Of a stretch of 64,000 nt of DNA, positions 62,833 to 64,000 are shown in pieces. The position numbers and the translations under genes were made by a program. The DNA is from an uncultured Christensenella sp. (GTDB lineage: Bacteria > Bacillota > Clostridia > Christensenellales > CAG-138): the NCBI GenBank assembly GCA_964383635.1, contig CAYLIG010000004.1, forward strand, positions 10,814 through 74,813, read 5' to 3'. The notes under the pieces were generated by a model that had not been told where the DNA came from, searched no databases, and worked only from the letters and a program-made list of their open reading frames with translations. Numbering within the stretch: the first letter of the stretch is position 1; each line of letters begins with the position of its first letter.

Positions 62833-64000
62833 ATGAAACTTACCATCGACGGAATCGAAACAGAGGCGTGCTGCGGAGAGCGGCTGCTGGACATCGTGCG
62901 CCGCCTTGGACTTGACAGCGCGGATTTGAAAACGCGCCCGTTGGCGGCAAATATCTCCGGCGAAACATTTACGCTCAACTACGTGCCGCTGCGCGAGCAA
63001 ACCCTTCCATCCGGTCAGCGCGTCATGCTGCGCCGCGCCATGCGCGCGGCAAACGGCGTCGTCTCGCTGCTTCGCTACGATTCGGCGCGCGGAAACCGCG
63101 TTTATGAGCGCACCATGCTGTTTGTCTTTTTGCTCGCCATGAGGAAGCTCTATCCCAAGACGCGCGTTCGCATCAACTATGCTGTCGGCGCCGGACTTTT
63201 CGCCACGGTCGGAGACGGCATGAAGCTCAGCCAGCAGGATATCGACCGCATTAAGAAGACCATGCGCGAAACCGTTAACGCAGATCTCACGCTTGAACGC
63301 AAGCGTCTCGATATCGACGATGCCATCGACTTTTTCTCAGGCGACGGACAGGAGGATAAGGTTCGTCTGCTTCGCTATCGGCGCTTTTCATATTTTGACG
63401 TGTATCGTCAGGAAGATTATGTGGACTATTTCTATGGGGAAATGGCCCCTAGCACCGGCTATGCCAGCGTATTCGACCTGCAGGCGCAAAAAGGCGGGCT
63501 GCTGTTGCTGCGTCCCTCCGCCGCGGATCCGAACAAGCCGGCAGGATATGTCTCTCTTCCCAGACTTGCCGGCGTGTTTTCCGAGAGCGAGGAATGGGGA
63601 AAGCTCCTGCACTGCGCGGTGGTTGCGGACCTCAACGACATGGTGCTCAGCGGCGATATTCGAACGCTGATCCGTGTCAACGAAGCGCTGCATGAAAAAC
63701 GGTTTGCACAGCTGGCGGACGAGATCATAGAACGCGGCGCGCGCGCCGTCGTCATCGCCGGGCCCTCCAGCAGCGGCAAGACCACAAGCGCAAACCGGCT
63801 CTGCACGCAGTTGCGCGTGCACGGCAAGACGCCCGTTCTGGTTTCGCTGGACAACTATTACCTCAACCGCGATCAGCTCAAACCCGGCCCGGACGGACAG
63901 ATCGATCTGGAAGACATCGCAACGCTCGATATCAAACAATTTCAGGAGGATCTGACGAATCTGCTGCGCGGGGAAGAGGTCGAATTGCCGCTTTTCGATT
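62833..64000 (+). CDS. Uridine-kinase-family nucleoside kinase with N-terminal TGS/ThrRS-like region; 3-prime end beyond window
   Basis: Partial, so not in the track. AAAGGAG RBS and ATG 62833. The frame stays open to the window end. P-loop VIAGPSSSGKTT, then LDNYY, typical of Udk-like kinases. Confidence 0.7.
   Translation, partial: MKLTIDGIETEACCGERLLDIVRRLGLDSADLKTRPLAANISGETFTLNYVPLREQTLPSGQRVMLRRAMRAANGVVSLLRYDSARGNRVYERTMLFVFLLAMRKLYPKTRVRINYAVGAGLFATVGDGMKLSQQDIDRIKKTMRETVNADLTLERKRLDIDDAIDFFSGDGQEDKVRLLRYRRFSYFDVYRQEDYVDYFYGEMAPSTGYASVFDLQAQKGGLLLLRPSAADPNKPAGYVSLPRLAGVFSESEEWGKLLHCAVVADLNDMVLSGDIRTLIRVNEALHEKRFAQLADEIIERGARAVVIAGPSSSGKTTSANRLCTQLRVHGKTPVLVSLDNYYLNRDQLKPGPDGQIDLEDIATLDIKQFQEDLTNLLRGEEVELPLFD

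Overview
The window looks like a 64-kb chromosomal segment from a high-GC (about 60% by eye) Firmicutes/Clostridia-type genome. Gene order and protein signatures support this, for example comEC-holA, prmA-rsmE-mtaB, a ThiT/TPP riboswitch, DegV and a CBS-type family II pyrophosphatase. I support about 57 protein-coding genes, one tRNA-Met(CAT), one TPP riboswitch, many intrinsic terminators and several near-consensus sigma-A promoters.

Most content is housekeeping:
- Central metabolism and cofactors: aconitase-icd, fused ispDF.
- Replication and repair: uvrB, holA, comEC.
- Translation and RNA modification: prmA, rsmE, mtaB, leuS, tsaD.
- Envelope: lgt.

The rest is envelope, transport and regulatory genes. 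These include a MacAB-type efflux set, two ECF-like sigma modules, an Lsa-type ABC-F gene with an attenuator-like leader, VanZ, and two paralogous cell-wall hydrolases.

I found no intact multi-gene defence or mobile system. The only clearly accessory DNA is a low-GC patch (about 4.7-7.8 kb) next to tRNA-Met. It holds an orphan BMP lipoprotein gene plus decayed fragments of a tyrosine integrase and a YADD reverse transcriptase.

The observations most worth follow-up are non-coding:
1. A triplicated translation-initiation cassette creates two decoy uORFs between a sigma-factor gene and a His-rich membrane-protein gene.
2. The ABC-F leader starts a uORF with M-R-L-R, the known minimal macrolide-arrest peptide.
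3. There are two DnaA-box clusters. One sits between convergent genes next to tsaD, echoing the B. subtilis gcp-ydiF cluster. The other lies upstream of holA.
4. Several genes have a -10 element 6-11 nt from the ATG and no Shine-Dalgarno, which looks leaderless.
5. A 93-nt terminator+promoter module is tandemly duplicated.

All calls come from reading the sequence and the supplied ORF track. No searches were run, so family assignments rest on recognised motifs.
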